A DNA stretch of 64,000 nt from Hyphomicrobiales bacterium (GCA_947455995.1 CANGQA010000005.1:1599-65598); one strand, 5' to 3'; counted from the stretch's first letter, positions 29,402-38,182 are shown. Program-made: numbers and translations. Notes: generated from the sequence alone by a model not told the origin.

Positions 29402-29874
29402 TGGCTTTCTGGAAAGAGAAAACCCTGGATGAAATGACCCCGCAAGAATGGGAAAGCCTGTGTGATGGCTGCGGCCGTTGTTGTCTTGTCAAACTGGAAG
29501 ACGAGGATACAGCCGAGATCTATGCCACCGATGTCAGTTGTGTCTTGTTCGATCCGTTGACCTGCCAATGCAAGAATTATAGCCAGCGCGCCTCTCTGGT
29601 CCATGATTGTGTGACCCTGACACCCGATGATGTGCGGAGCCTGCCATGGCTGCCGCCCAGTTGCGCTTATCGGTTGGTGCATGAAGGCAAGGATTTGCCC
29701 GATTGGCATCCTTTGGTTTCCGGCTCCTCCCGGACGGTGCATGAGGCGGGAGTTTCCGTGCAAGGCCGCGTGTTCGCATCCGAAGACGAGGTGCCGCTTG
29801 ATGACTTGCCGGCCCGCATCAAGGACTGGCCTCTGCAATGGCCGTCCAGTCCGAAGGGTAAAAGTGCCCGCTGA
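29389..29874 (+). CDS. ycgN: YcgN-family (UPF0260) cysteine-cluster protein
   Basis: It has the motifs [21 protein letters not shown] and [11 protein letters not shown]. The start may be 29398 or 29401. Confidence 0.85.
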   Translation: MEDMMAFWKEKTLDEMTPQEWESLCDGCGRCCLVKLEDEDTAEIYATDVSCVLFDPLTCQCKNYSQRASLVHDCVTLTPDDVRSLPWLPPSCAYRLVHEGKDLPDWHPLVSGSSRTVHEAGVSVQGRVFASEDEVPLDDLPARIKDWPLQWPSSPKGKSAR

Positions 29875-30035
29875 TTGACGCGAGCAGACTGATCAATCGG
29901 CCCGTCATTAGCCATAATATGAACATTATTCCTATATAGGATTATAGTCCTTGACAGGGCCGATGGTTTTGCCTTACTTTTATATGGTCCAAAAGCCTGC
30001 AGGCCGGTGAGGCAGGGAAGGATGGGGCCTGTCTC

Positions 30036-30542
30036 TTGTCACCGGGGTTGCAGGGTTATTTCAAGAGGCCCGAAGCCATGACATTGATCAGTGAACAGAT
30101 GTTCAAACCCTTTTCCTCATGTCTCACTTCCACCACGACAGATCACGACAACCCGCCCTCACGTTGTTTTTATCACTGCCTGGCCGTTATGCCTTACCAG
30201 AAGGGAGGGCCGGGATGGATATGCAAGCGGTTGGGCCGTTTGCTTGCCAGTGATATTTCGCAACTCGAAGACGGTAAAAGTCCTGCAAAATTGCTCAAAC
30301 GCGGCAAGCTGATTGCCCGTTGGGCCAAAGCTGCCAAAGATCTGAATTCATCCTGCTGCACTGCGCCAGACCCAGATCAGTTGAGGCTCGCCAAGCCGGA
30401 TCAAGCATCTTGCGCAGCCGATCCGATTGCGCCTTATCCAAGGGAGCGGTTGATATCGGAGCCCTTGGGCGTTGAAGCTTTCCGAATGGCTTTGTCCAGG
30501 GAACTTTCCCTGATACGAAATAAAAAGGAAAAAATTCCTTGA
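30036..30542 (+). CDS. Orphan hypothetical ORF (168 aa) upstream of the GTA cluster
   Basis: It is the only sizeable ORF in the 0.8-kb lower-GC gap. It has a basic helical middle (KRLGRLLASDISQLEDGKSPAKLLKRGKLIARWAKAAK), a TTG start, and no family I recognise. Its coding status is uncertain. Confidence 0.3.
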   Translation: MSPGLQGYFKRPEAMTLISEQMFKPFSSCLTSTTTDHDNPPSRCFYHCLAVMPYQKGGPGWICKRLGRLLASDISQLEDGKSPAKLLKRGKLIARWAKAAKDLNSSCCTAPDPDQLRLAKPDQASCAADPIAPYPRERLISEPLGVEAFRMALSRELSLIRNKKEKIP

Positions 30543-30669
30543 AATTGTAACGCTGGTTGGGTATTGTTCTGTTATTGTCCAGTCTTCTGTTTTGTTGTGT
30601 TGAGCCACCCCATCCATTCAATCCAATCCTCTTATCAATATAAACCTCTCAGCTTATTCCCTTTTTCTT

Positions 30670-30701
30670 GGCACGGCAGTATCTCTGCCGTGCCATTTTT
30701 T
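30670..30701 (+). terminator. Strong intrinsic terminator 12 nt upstream of the first GTA gene
   Basis: A perfect 10-bp stem GGCACGGCAG (30670-30679) pairs with CTGCCGTGCC (30685-30694) across the loop TATCT. An A and T6 (30696-30701) follow. The opposite strand has no U-tail. Confidence 0.85.
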
Positions 30702-30712
30702 ATGGATCAGTG

Positions 30713-31255
30713 ATGACCCAATCCATGGCGCAATCGACAATCGCTCCGCTTGACCAGGAGGAGTTGTGCCGACTTTACCGTGACAGCGAGGAGACGGTGG
30801 CCAGTCTGATGGCGCGTTCAGGCTTACGGGCGTCCGAATTCTATCAACTGTTGCGGGATCGTGGCTTGCCGCTCAGGCGTCCGCGCCGATCCAACCGCTC
30901 CGGCAATACAGCACCAGATCCTGAACGGCCCCGGAAGCCTGTGCGCAGGGAGGATCTGATTGCCCGCTTGTGGGAGGCGGCGTCAGGCCATATGGCGCAA
31001 ATTGAAACGCGGCTCGCGCGGCTCGATCAAGAGCAATCCAGCCACCCACCGGCGGCGGGAACCGAGAGTGAACTTCGTATCATGGGCCTGATTGTTAAAA
31101 CCCTGCGTGATCTGGCAGCCCTTGATGCGGATGTCGCGGGGGCGCGGAAGAAGGAGATGGTTCAAGATGACCTTGCCGCCGAACTGGCCACCTGCCCCGA
31201 AAGCATGCGCGCGGAACTGGCTCGACGTCTTGCTGGATTGCGCGAAGGCCGGTGA
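30713..31255 (+). CDS. GTA g1-position protein (putative small-terminase-like)
   Basis: 180 aa, immediately upstream of and overlapping TerL. The N-terminus looks HTH-like (LCRLYRDSEETVASLMARSGLRASEFYQLLRDRGL) and a helical region follows. The assignment rests on position only. The TTG at 30668 in the track spans the terminator hairpin and is rejected. Confidence 0.45.
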   Translation: MTQSMAQSTIAPLDQEELCRLYRDSEETVASLMARSGLRASEFYQLLRDRGLPLRRPRRSNRSGNTAPDPERPRKPVRREDLIARLWEAASGHMAQIETRLARLDQEQSSHPPAAGTESELRIMGLIVKTLRDLAALDADVAGARKKEMVQDDLAAELATCPESMRAELARRLAGLREGR

Positions 31256-32564
31256 GGAAAAACGGATTATTGCCTCTCTGAGCGAACGCGACATTGAATT
31301 CATGCTGGCGGACTGGATGAGTTGGGCGCGGCCTGACCAATGCCCACCTGCTCTATCGCAAACCGGATTGCCATGGACGGTCTGGTTGGTGCTGGGTGGA
31401 CGCGGGGCAGGCAAAACCCGCACAGGCGCAGAGTGGGTCCGCGGTATGGCTATCGGACTACCACCCTTTGCCGATCGCCCTGCCGGGCGTATTGCTTTGG
31501 TGGGGGAAACCCAGGCCGATGTCCGCGATGTGATGATCGAGGGAGTGTCGGGCCTGTTGTCTGTCCACAGACGGGACGAGCGGCCAGTCTGGCAGGCCTC
31601 GCGCCGAAGGCTTGAATGGCCTAACGGCACCATCGCACAGACTTTTTCCGCGGAAGACCCCGATAGTCTCCGCGGTCCGCAATTCGATGCTGCTTGGCTT
31701 GATGAATTGGGAAAATGGCGGCGTGCCGAAGAGACCTTCGACATGTTGCAATTCGGCTTGCGGCTGGGTGCCCAACCTCGTCAGACAGTGACAACGACGC
31801 CACGTCCGGTGCCTTTGTTGAAGCGGCTGATGGAAGATCCCGCAACAGCCATTTCCCGCGCGGCTACCCGTGCCAATGCCTTCCATCTGGCGCCATCATT
31901 TCTTGATGCCGTGGTCAAGCGCTATGCGGGAACGCGATTGGGCCGGCAAGAGCTGGAAGGCGAATGGCTGGATGAGCGCAATGATGCGCTGTGGACGCGC
32001 GCCGCATTGGAAATCTGCCGGATCGGGGTCGGAGACACGCCGCCACTTCAACGACTGGTGATCGCAATCGACCCGCCCGCCAGTTCGGGTCGGGATTCGG
32101 ATTCTTGCGGGCTGATCGTTGCGGGAATTGACGTCAACCGGACGGTCTATGTGCTCAATGATGCCACGCTGCCCCAAGCCCGCCCGCATGTCTGGGCAGG
32201 AAAGGCTGCTGCTCTTTATCGGGACTACGAGGCTGATGCCGTGGTGATTGAAACCAATCAGGGCGGCGAGATGGCCGAAGCGGTGTTGCGGGAAGCTGAT
32301 CCCGAATTAGCGGTGCTGCCGGTTCGTGCCACCAGAGGCAAGATGCTGAGGGCCGAACCTGTCGCGCTGCTTTACGAACAAGGACGAGTGAAACATGCAG
32401 GACTTTTCCGTGAGCTTGAAGATGAGATGTGCGATTTCGGCCCTAATCGGGAGGGTTGGGGTCTGTCGAACGGCCATTCGCCGGACCGGCTTGATGCTCT
32501 GGTCTGGGCTGTTACGGCTTTGGCCTTGGGCCCCAAAGCCACCCCACGCGTGAGACGGTTGTAA
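31167..32564 (+). CDS. GTA/phage terminase large subunit (g2-like)
   Basis: It has a Walker A motif (LVLGGRGAGKTRTGAEW), an N-terminal LSERDIEFMLADWMSWARPDQ typical of GTA TerL, and a C-terminal nuclease region. The start is uncertain (ATG 31167 or TTG 31230). It overlaps g1 in another frame. Confidence 0.9.
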   Translation: MTLPPNWPPAPKACARNWLDVLLDCAKAGEEKRIIASLSERDIEFMLADWMSWARPDQCPPALSQTGLPWTVWLVLGGRGAGKTRTGAEWVRGMAIGLPPFADRPAGRIALVGETQADVRDVMIEGVSGLLSVHRRDERPVWQASRRRLEWPNGTIAQTFSAEDPDSLRGPQFDAAWLDELGKWRRAEETFDMLQFGLRLGAQPRQTVTTTPRPVPLLKRLMEDPATAISRAATRANAFHLAPSFLDAVVKRYAGTRLGRQELEGEWLDERNDALWTRAALEICRIGVGDTPPLQRLVIAIDPPASSGRDSDSCGLIVAGIDVNRTVYVLNDATLPQARPHVWAGKAAALYRDYEADAVVIETNQGGEMAEAVLREADPELAVLPVRATRGKMLRAEPVALLYEQGRVKHAGLFRELEDEMCDFGPNREGWGLSNGHSPDRLDALVWAVTALALGPKATPRVRRL

Positions 32565-32609
32565 GGGCCACGCATCCCTCGGCCTCCCGCACTCCGACAC
32601 TGCAAGGAC

Positions 32610-33812
32610 ATGACCATGAGCACTTTTGTTGATCGCTGGTTGCGGCGGGCTTTTGCACGCCCCGATCACACCAAAACCTCCGCCACCGGACCGATGATGG
32701 CCCTCTACCAAACGGGGCGTCCGGTGTGGACACCCCGTGATTACGCGAGTTTGGCCAAAGAGGGCTTCCAGAGCAATCCGATCGTCTATCGAGCAGTCCG
32801 CATGATTGCGGAAGCCGCTGCTTCGGTGCCTTTTCTGCTCTATGATGGCCGTAAGGAATTGGTCGATCATCCTTTGATGCGGTTGATGACCACGCCCAAT
32901 CCGCGTGACAGTGGCACGGTGCTGCGCGAGGCCCTGATTGGCTACCTGCTGGTCTCGGGCAATGCCTATCTGGAAGCGGTTTGTGATGCAGGACAGGTGC
33001 GCGAGATCTATGCCTTGCGACCGGACCGAATGCGGGTGGTGCCAGGCGGGGATGGCTGGCCTGCCGCTTATGATTATCATGTCAACGGGCAATCTGTGCA
33101 GTTCGACCAGGATGCTGTGCCTGTTCCGCAAATCTTGCATCTGACCCTGTTCCATCCGCTCAATGATCATTATGGCCTGTCGCCGATGGAAGCGGCTGCG
33201 GCTTCTATCGACATTCATAATGCGGCGGGAGGATGGAACAAGGCACTGCTCGACAATGCGGCGCGACCGTCCGGTGCCTTGGTCTATGCCGGACCACCAG
33301 GGGCCACTTTGGGGGCCGAACAATTTGAACGTTTGAAAAATGAGCTGGAAGCCTCCTTTCAAGGCTCAGCCAATGCGGGGCGTCCTTTGCTGCTGGAAGG
33401 GGGGCTGGATTGGAAGCCGTTATCGCTTACCCCGAAGGATATGGATTTTATGGAGGCCAAATCGGCCGCTGCCCGTGACATCGCGTTGGCCTTCGGCATC
33501 CCTCCGATGCTGCTGGGTCTGCCAGGGGATAATACCTATGCCAACTATGCGGAAGCCAACCGGATTTTCTGGCGGCAGACCGTGATCCCGTTGTCCAGCC
33601 GGATTGCAACAAGCATCACGCATTGGCTTGCGCCTGTTTATGGGCATGTCACCTTGCAGCCGGATCTGGACCGGATCGATGCGCTGTCTCTTGAGCGTGA
33701 CGCCCTTTGGGCCCGCCTGGGCAAGGCCGACTTTCTGACTGATGACGAAAAACGGGAAGCGGTTGGCTACGGCCCTCTTCATGCTGCCGGAACCGTAAAA
33801 GGCCAGCCATGA
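32610..33812 (+). CDS. HK97-family portal protein (g3-like)
   Basis: 400 aa with NPIVYRAVRMIAEAAASVPFLLY and MEAKSAAARDIALAFGIPPMLLG motifs. An AAGGA Shine-Dalgarno precedes the start. Confidence 0.9.
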   Translation: MTMSTFVDRWLRRAFARPDHTKTSATGPMMALYQTGRPVWTPRDYASLAKEGFQSNPIVYRAVRMIAEAAASVPFLLYDGRKELVDHPLMRLMTTPNPRDSGTVLREALIGYLLVSGNAYLEAVCDAGQVREIYALRPDRMRVVPGGDGWPAAYDYHVNGQSVQFDQDAVPVPQILHLTLFHPLNDHYGLSPMEAAAASIDIHNAAGGWNKALLDNAARPSGALVYAGPPGATLGAEQFERLKNELEASFQGSANAGRPLLLEGGLDWKPLSLTPKDMDFMEAKSAAARDIALAFGIPPMLLGLPGDNTYANYAEANRIFWRQTVIPLSSRIATSITHWLAPVYGHVTLQPDLDRIDALSLERDALWARLGKADFLTDDEKREAVGYGPLHAAGTVKGQP

Positions 33813-33991
33813 ATGCCGGTCTGGATATGATTGTCGCACGCGGGGATTTGGCTGATCTAGCCCTGTTCCTGTGGGCGTCGGGAGCCTCGACAGCTCTGGC
33901 CGTCACTTTGCGCCAGCTTGGTGAGGCCAATCGCCGTTTTGATGAATTCATCCGGCAACTACACCACTTCAACAGCCATTGGGATGGCTGA
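33809..33991 (+). CDS. Small ORF coupled to portal (g3.5-position, one hydrophobic helix)
   Basis: 60 aa. Its ATG overlaps the portal stop (ATGA). It has one hydrophobic segment (LADLALFLWASGASTALAVTL). Confidence 0.45.
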   Translation: MNAGLDMIVARGDLADLALFLWASGASTALAVTLRQLGEANRRFDEFIRQLHHFNSHWDG

Positions 33992-34021
33992 CCTTAAAGC
34001 GTAAAACGGGAGATATCTGCC

Positions 34022-34228
34022 ATGCTTGACCGTTTGTCTGTCGATCTGCCCCAGCCGTCATTGGTGCCGGATGATCCTGCAGAAGCGAACGAAACCCTGA
34101 AGGTGCAGGCCCGGTTTTGGCAGCATCTTGTCCGCCTGACTGCTCCGGCCCGCCGCCTCCAGCAAATCCGCAAAGACTTTGCTGGCGGGCGTGAACCGCA
34201 GAACGCGTTGCGGGAGGGTTTGTTGTGA
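34022..34228 (+). CDS. Small ORF coupled to the prohead protease gene
   Basis: 68 aa. Its stop overlaps the GTG start of the protease (GTGA). I do not recognise the family. Confidence 0.4.
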   Translation: MLDRLSVDLPQPSLVPDDPAEANETLKVQARFWQHLVRLTAPARRLQQIRKDFAGGREPQNALREGLL

Positions 34229-34701
34229 TCGAACATCATCCCTCCAAGGCTGATGTACCGGTCGGTGAATTTGACGGTTATGCAAGCCTGTTCGGCCAGC
34301 CTGATCTGGGCCGTGATGTTGTTGCCAGCGGGGCCTTCGGTGAAAGCCTTGCCCGGCGCGGCGGTGCGGCTGGAATCAGGCTTTTGTGGCAGCATGATCC
34401 TTCCCAGCCCATCGGTGTCTGGACCGAGATACGGCAGGACCAGCACGGGCTCTATGTGCGCGGTGCGCTGAACCTGTCGGTCGCACGCGGGGGCGAATTG
34501 TTCGCGCTCTTGCAACAGGGCGCGTTGGGGGGGCTGTCAATCGGCTACCGCACCCAGAAGTCCTACGCGGATGCCCGCCACAGCGTGAGGATTTTAACCC
34601 GCATCGATCTTTGGGAAGTGTCGCTCGTGACATTTCCTTTACTGCCCTCGGCCCGTGTGTTGCGGGTTGCGGGATCCCCCTCGAACCGGAGACACTCATG
34701 A
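34225..34701 (+). CDS. HK97-family prohead protease (g4-like)
   Basis: It has FDGYASLFGQPDLGRDVVASGAF, LLWQHDPSQPIGVW and GLSIGY motifs. Confidence 0.85.
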   Translation: MIEHHPSKADVPVGEFDGYASLFGQPDLGRDVVASGAFGESLARRGGAAGIRLLWQHDPSQPIGVWTEIRQDQHGLYVRGALNLSVARGGELFALLQQGALGGLSIGYRTQKSYADARHSVRILTRIDLWEVSLVTFPLLPSARVLRVAGSPSNRRHS

Positions 34702-35987
34702 CAAGTTCCAATACTTCTGTGCAGTCCTCGTTGCTGCCCCCTGTTTTGCTGGCACCGGAAGTGAAGGCTTTTGACGCCGAACCCATTGATGCGCTCACCA
34801 CAGTCAATCGCCATTTCGAGGCCTTCAAGGACGGGAATGACCAGCGTCAGTCGCTGATCGACAAAGGCCGTTCGGTCGATGTTTTGATGGAAGAAAAACT
34901 GGCCCGTATGACCCATGCACTGGACGAGGCGCAAAGCAGATTGGAGAGCGCTTTACGTCAGCAACGCCGTCCGATGCTGGAGGGTGCCGAGCATGACTAT
35001 ACCAGCCCGCAACACCGCCACTATAAAAGTGCCTTCCACGATTACATGCGCTCTGGCGAAACATCCGGCCTGAAGGCACTCGAGCTCAAAGCGTTGTCCG
35101 CAGGCAGTCAGACCGATGGAGGCTATTTGGTAACACCGCCAGTCGAACGCGACATTCTCAAGCGTATGTCCGTGGCCTCACCGATCCGTTCGATTGCCAC
35201 AGTCCAGCAGATTTCAACCGCGACCTATCGCAAAGCCTATTCGACCACCGGGCCGGGAGCAGGATGGATCGGCGAAGTCGTGGCGCGCCCGCAAACCACC
35301 TCGCAGGTGATTGCCGATCTGAGTTTCCCGACCATGGAACTCTATGCCATGCCTGCAGCAACCCAGACTTTGCTGGATGATGCGGCGGTCAATGTCGAAC
35401 AGTGGATTGCCGATGAGGTGCAGGTTGTGTTTGCCGAGCAAGAAGGCGCAGCCTTCGTCAATGGTGATGGCACAACCAAGCCGCTCGGCTTTATGACACC
35501 GGCAAAAATTGCACAGGCCAACTGGAGCTGGGGCAAACTCGGCTATACCGTCACGGGGCTGTCGGCAGGCTTCACTGCCACCAATGGATCGGATGCGCTG
35601 ATTGATCTGATCTATTCGGTCAAGGCGGGCTATCGCCAGAGCGGACGTTTTGTGATGAACCGCAAGACGCAGGCGGCGATCCGCAAGCTCAAGGCCACAA
35701 CGGGCGAATATTTGTGGCAACCTCCGGCCATATTGGGCCAGCCTGCGACCTTGATGAATTTTCCGCTCGTCGAGGTCGAGGACATGCCCGATATTGCCGC
35801 CGATAGTTTTTCTGTTGCCTTCGGCAATTTCGCCCGCGCATATCTGATCGTCGACCGGATCGGTATCCGGGTGTTGCGTGATCCTTATTCCAACAAGCCC
35901 TATGTGATGTTCTACACCACCAAACGCGTGGGAGGTGGAGTGCAGGATTTCGATGCCATCAAACTGTTGAAATTCGGCACGGTCTGA
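34698..35987 (+). CDS. HK97-family major capsid protein (g5-like)
   Basis: The ATG at 34698 overlaps the protease stop (ATGA). It has an N-terminal scaffolding-like coiled coil, then DGGYLVTPPVERDI and GEYLWQPP motifs. Confidence 0.9.
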   Translation: MTSSNTSVQSSLLPPVLLAPEVKAFDAEPIDALTTVNRHFEAFKDGNDQRQSLIDKGRSVDVLMEEKLARMTHALDEAQSRLESALRQQRRPMLEGAEHDYTSPQHRHYKSAFHDYMRSGETSGLKALELKALSAGSQTDGGYLVTPPVERDILKRMSVASPIRSIATVQQISTATYRKAYSTTGPGAGWIGEVVARPQTTSQVIADLSFPTMELYAMPAATQTLLDDAAVNVEQWIADEVQVVFAEQEGAAFVNGDGTTKPLGFMTPAKIAQANWSWGKLGYTVTGLSAGFTATNGSDALIDLIYSVKAGYRQSGRFVMNRKTQAAIRKLKATTGEYLWQPPAILGQPATLMNFPLVEVEDMPDIAADSFSVAFGNFARAYLIVDRIGIRVLRDPYSNKPYVMFYTTKRVGGGVQDFDAIKLLKFGTV

Positions 35988-36008
35988 GGACCGATTTGAT
36001 GCGGCGCC

Positions 36009-36794
36009 TCACCGATTCAGGGTCTTGTCGATCCATGCACGCTGGGGTGCCAGCATGATACCTTGGGTCATGGCCCCGCAACGGGCTTGACCCTTGCCTT
36101 CGCTCCAGACCGTGATGGCTTGCAACACGCCGTCACGGTCGAAGATGCCGCCACCGGAATCGCCTGTGCAGGCACCCTGGTTGGCTTGTCCGGCGAGCCA
36201 AAGCAACAGCTTGCCCTGTCCGTAGGGCGTGACCACGGGGAGGGTGATCTGCCGCAAGGTGCCTGTGCTATCTGGCTGGGCCTCGCTCGACAGGCCGAAC
36301 CCTTGAATAGTCAAGCGTGTGTCTTTGGGGCTTGGAGGCTGACGGGATGGCGGCAGCTTGGCCGGTGCGAAACTGTCGGGCAAAATACGTTTCACCTGCA
36401 CAATCGCAAGGTCGATCGAACGGCTGCGCGCAGCAATGGCATCGCTGTGATAATCGGGATGGATGGTGATCCGTTTGGGCTCTTCCATGACAGGCTTGCC
36501 GTCAGCCCCGCGCCAATGCAAGCGGTAGGCAGACCCGCCTGTTACGCAATGGGCCGCTGTCAAAACGGAATCTGGTCCAATGACCACTCCGGAGCAGACC
36601 GAGCCGCGATCGGACAAGACCATCAGCATCGGATTTTCACCCGGGGGCACGCTCTGTCCACCGACAATGGCCCGAACCGGTGCGGTGGTGATCAGTATTG
36701 CGCCCAAGGCGAGCATGGCCAGATGGGCGATCATGATGCCGGAGCGTAAGGGATTCAGATCAATCAAGAGTGAAGACCTCTTTTTGAAAACCAT
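36009..36794 (-). CDS. Secreted trypsin-like serine protease (peptidase S1 family)
   Basis: The signal peptide ends ...APVRA, directly followed by IVGG. The catalytic triad contexts are LTAAHCV, IDLAIV and CTGDSGGGIF. It is antisense to the GTA genes. The start is 36794 (MVFKKR...) or 36734. Confidence 0.85.
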   Translation of the reverse strand: MVFKKRSSLLIDLNPLRSGIMIAHLAMLALGAILITTAPVRAIVGGQSVPPGENPMLMVLSDRGSVCSGVVIGPDSVLTAAHCVTGGSAYRLHWRGADGKPVMEEPKRITIHPDYHSDAIAARSRSIDLAIVQVKRILPDSFAPAKLPPSRQPPSPKDTRLTIQGFGLSSEAQPDSTGTLRQITLPVVTPYGQGKLLLWLAGQANQGACTGDSGGGIFDRDGVLQAITVWSEGKGQARCGAMTQGIMLAPQRAWIDKTLNR

Positions 36795-36825
36795 TTTTCT
36801 TTTCCACTCATCGGAGATTTTGCAG

Positions 36826-37386
36826 ATGATGTCCATGCAATTGATCGCGGAACCGCTTGTCGAGCCGGTGACATTGGACGAGGCGAAGCTGTTTTTGCGG
36901 ATCGACACCCTTGATGATGATGCGTTGTTGGCCAATCTGATCATGGCTAGCCGCCGCGTGATCGAACTCACAACCCGAACCTGTCTGCTGCAACAGACGT
37001 GGCGATTTGGGGTTGATCGTTGGCCGTCGAACACGTTGCTGCGCTTGCCATTGGCTCCACTTCAGTCTGTGTCCTCTGTGACTGTGATGGACGCAAGGGG
37101 CAATCGGCTTGCGCAAAATGTGCTCGATTTCCTGGCGAACCCAACCAGTGTGCCGCCCACTGTTATGGCCAAAACCGTCCCGCCTGTCAGTGCTGCTCGT
37201 GAGGGCGGTATCCAGGTCGATGCTGTGCTTGGTTATGGCAGCACCGCTGCATTGGTCCCTCAGCCTTTACGGATGGCGGTGTTGATGGTGCTGGCACAAT
37301 ATTATGAAACGCGGGGGCAGGGGGACGGCACACTGCCTGCGGCTGTGCGGACATTGATTGCACCGTTTACACGGAGGGCCTTATGA
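36826..37386 (+). CDS. Head-tail connector/adaptor (gp6-like, g6)
   Basis: The N-terminal signature EPVTLDEAKLFLRIDTLDDDALLANLIMASRRVIE identifies it. The stop overlaps the next start (ATGA). Confidence 0.8.
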   Translation: MMSMQLIAEPLVEPVTLDEAKLFLRIDTLDDDALLANLIMASRRVIELTTRTCLLQQTWRFGVDRWPSNTLLRLPLAPLQSVSSVTVMDARGNRLAQNVLDFLANPTSVPPTVMAKTVPPVSAAREGGIQVDAVLGYGSTAALVPQPLRMAVLMVLAQYYETRGQGDGTLPAAVRTLIAPFTRRAL

Positions 37387-37748
37387 GCACGCCCTTGCAT
37401 GACGCCGGTTTGCGGGCCCGTGACCCTGCATTGGCGGGCCGTCTGCGCGACCGCCTGAGTGTGGAAGTGCCTATTGATGTGCCCGATGGATATGGCGGGC
37501 TGACCCGAAGTTATCAGGTTAGCACCAAAGTCTGGGGGATGATTGTGCCTTATCAGATCAGGACAGGACGCGGGCCTGATCAGGACGGGCAGGTGATCAG
37601 CCATTTGGTTGTGATGCGCTGGCGCGGTGATATCGAAATCGGGATGCGGCTGCGCAAGGGTACACGCCTCTTGCGGATCTGCGAGTTGGCCGATGCCGAC
37701 GGACGGCGGATGCGGATGGTGTGTCTGTGCGAGGAGGATCACGCATGA
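37383..37748 (+). CDS. Head closure / head-tail joining protein (g7-like)
   Basis: 121 aa with LRDRLSVEVPIDVPDGYGGLTRSYQVSTKVWGMIVP, typical of the SPP1 gp16/HK97 gp8-type family. Confidence 0.75.
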   Translation: MSTPLHDAGLRARDPALAGRLRDRLSVEVPIDVPDGYGGLTRSYQVSTKVWGMIVPYQIRTGRGPDQDGQVISHLVVMRWRGDIEIGMRLRKGTRLLRICELADADGRRMRMVCLCEEDHA

Positions 37749-38182
37749 CTGTGACAGTCCCTATCATCACGGGTCCGGTCCTGGCTGTGCGCGAGAGGCT
37801 GCGTAATTTCTGGTTGGCCGATTCCGTGCTGCTCGGCTTGCTGGGTGGCGAGAAGATTTACGATACAGCCCCGCGTTCGGTCATTCCGCCTTATGTGACC
37901 TTTGGCAGCGTGACAGCCAGACAATGGCTCGGCGGCAGCCAGCGTGGTCATGAGCAGAATATCACGATTACTGTCTGGTCGCGCCAGATTTCGGACCGCG
38001 AAAGTCTTGAGATCGCAAGTCGGATGAGCCTGATCAGCGATGGCGCTTTGCTGTCTATGGCGGATTATCAGCTTTGGCCCTTGCAGGTGTTGAACCTTGA
38101 TTGTCCGCAAGGCACGCCGCAAGGTTTGCGGCAGACGGTCGTGGTCCTGCGGGCGCTGACTGCGCCAATCGCTAGAACCTAG
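37745..38182 (+). CDS. DUF3168 tail-completion/terminator-like protein (g8-like)
   Basis: It has the motif KIYDTAPRSVIPPYVTFGSVTARQW. The ATG overlaps the g7 stop. Confidence 0.7.
   Translation: MTVTVPIITGPVLAVRERLRNFWLADSVLLGLLGGEKIYDTAPRSVIPPYVTFGSVTARQWLGGSQRGHEQNITITVWSRQISDRESLEIASRMSLISDGALLSMADYQLWPLQVLNLDCPQGTPQGLRQTVVVLRALTAPIART

Noticed and set aside
30668-30712. A TTG start at 30668 for the first GTA ORF.
   Set aside because: These codons are the arms of a perfect terminator hairpin plus its T-tract. The ATG at 30713 is the first credible start.
32307-33362. A 351-aa reverse-strand ORF overlapping the portal and terminase genes. Similar long antisense ORFs lie at 39215-40339 and 41349-42302.
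   Set aside because: They lie entirely antisense to strongly recognisable GTA genes. Their composition is Arg/Pro/Gly/His-rich and low in complexity, with no recognisable motifs. These are typical shadow ORFs of GC-rich coding DNA.
36063-36749. A 228-aa forward ORF across the S1 protease gene. If real, it would restore forward-strand continuity of the GTA cluster.
   Set aside because: It has no phage-like motifs. The opposite strand encodes a complete protease with an intact signal peptide and His/Asp/Ser triad, so the forward ORF is the shadow.
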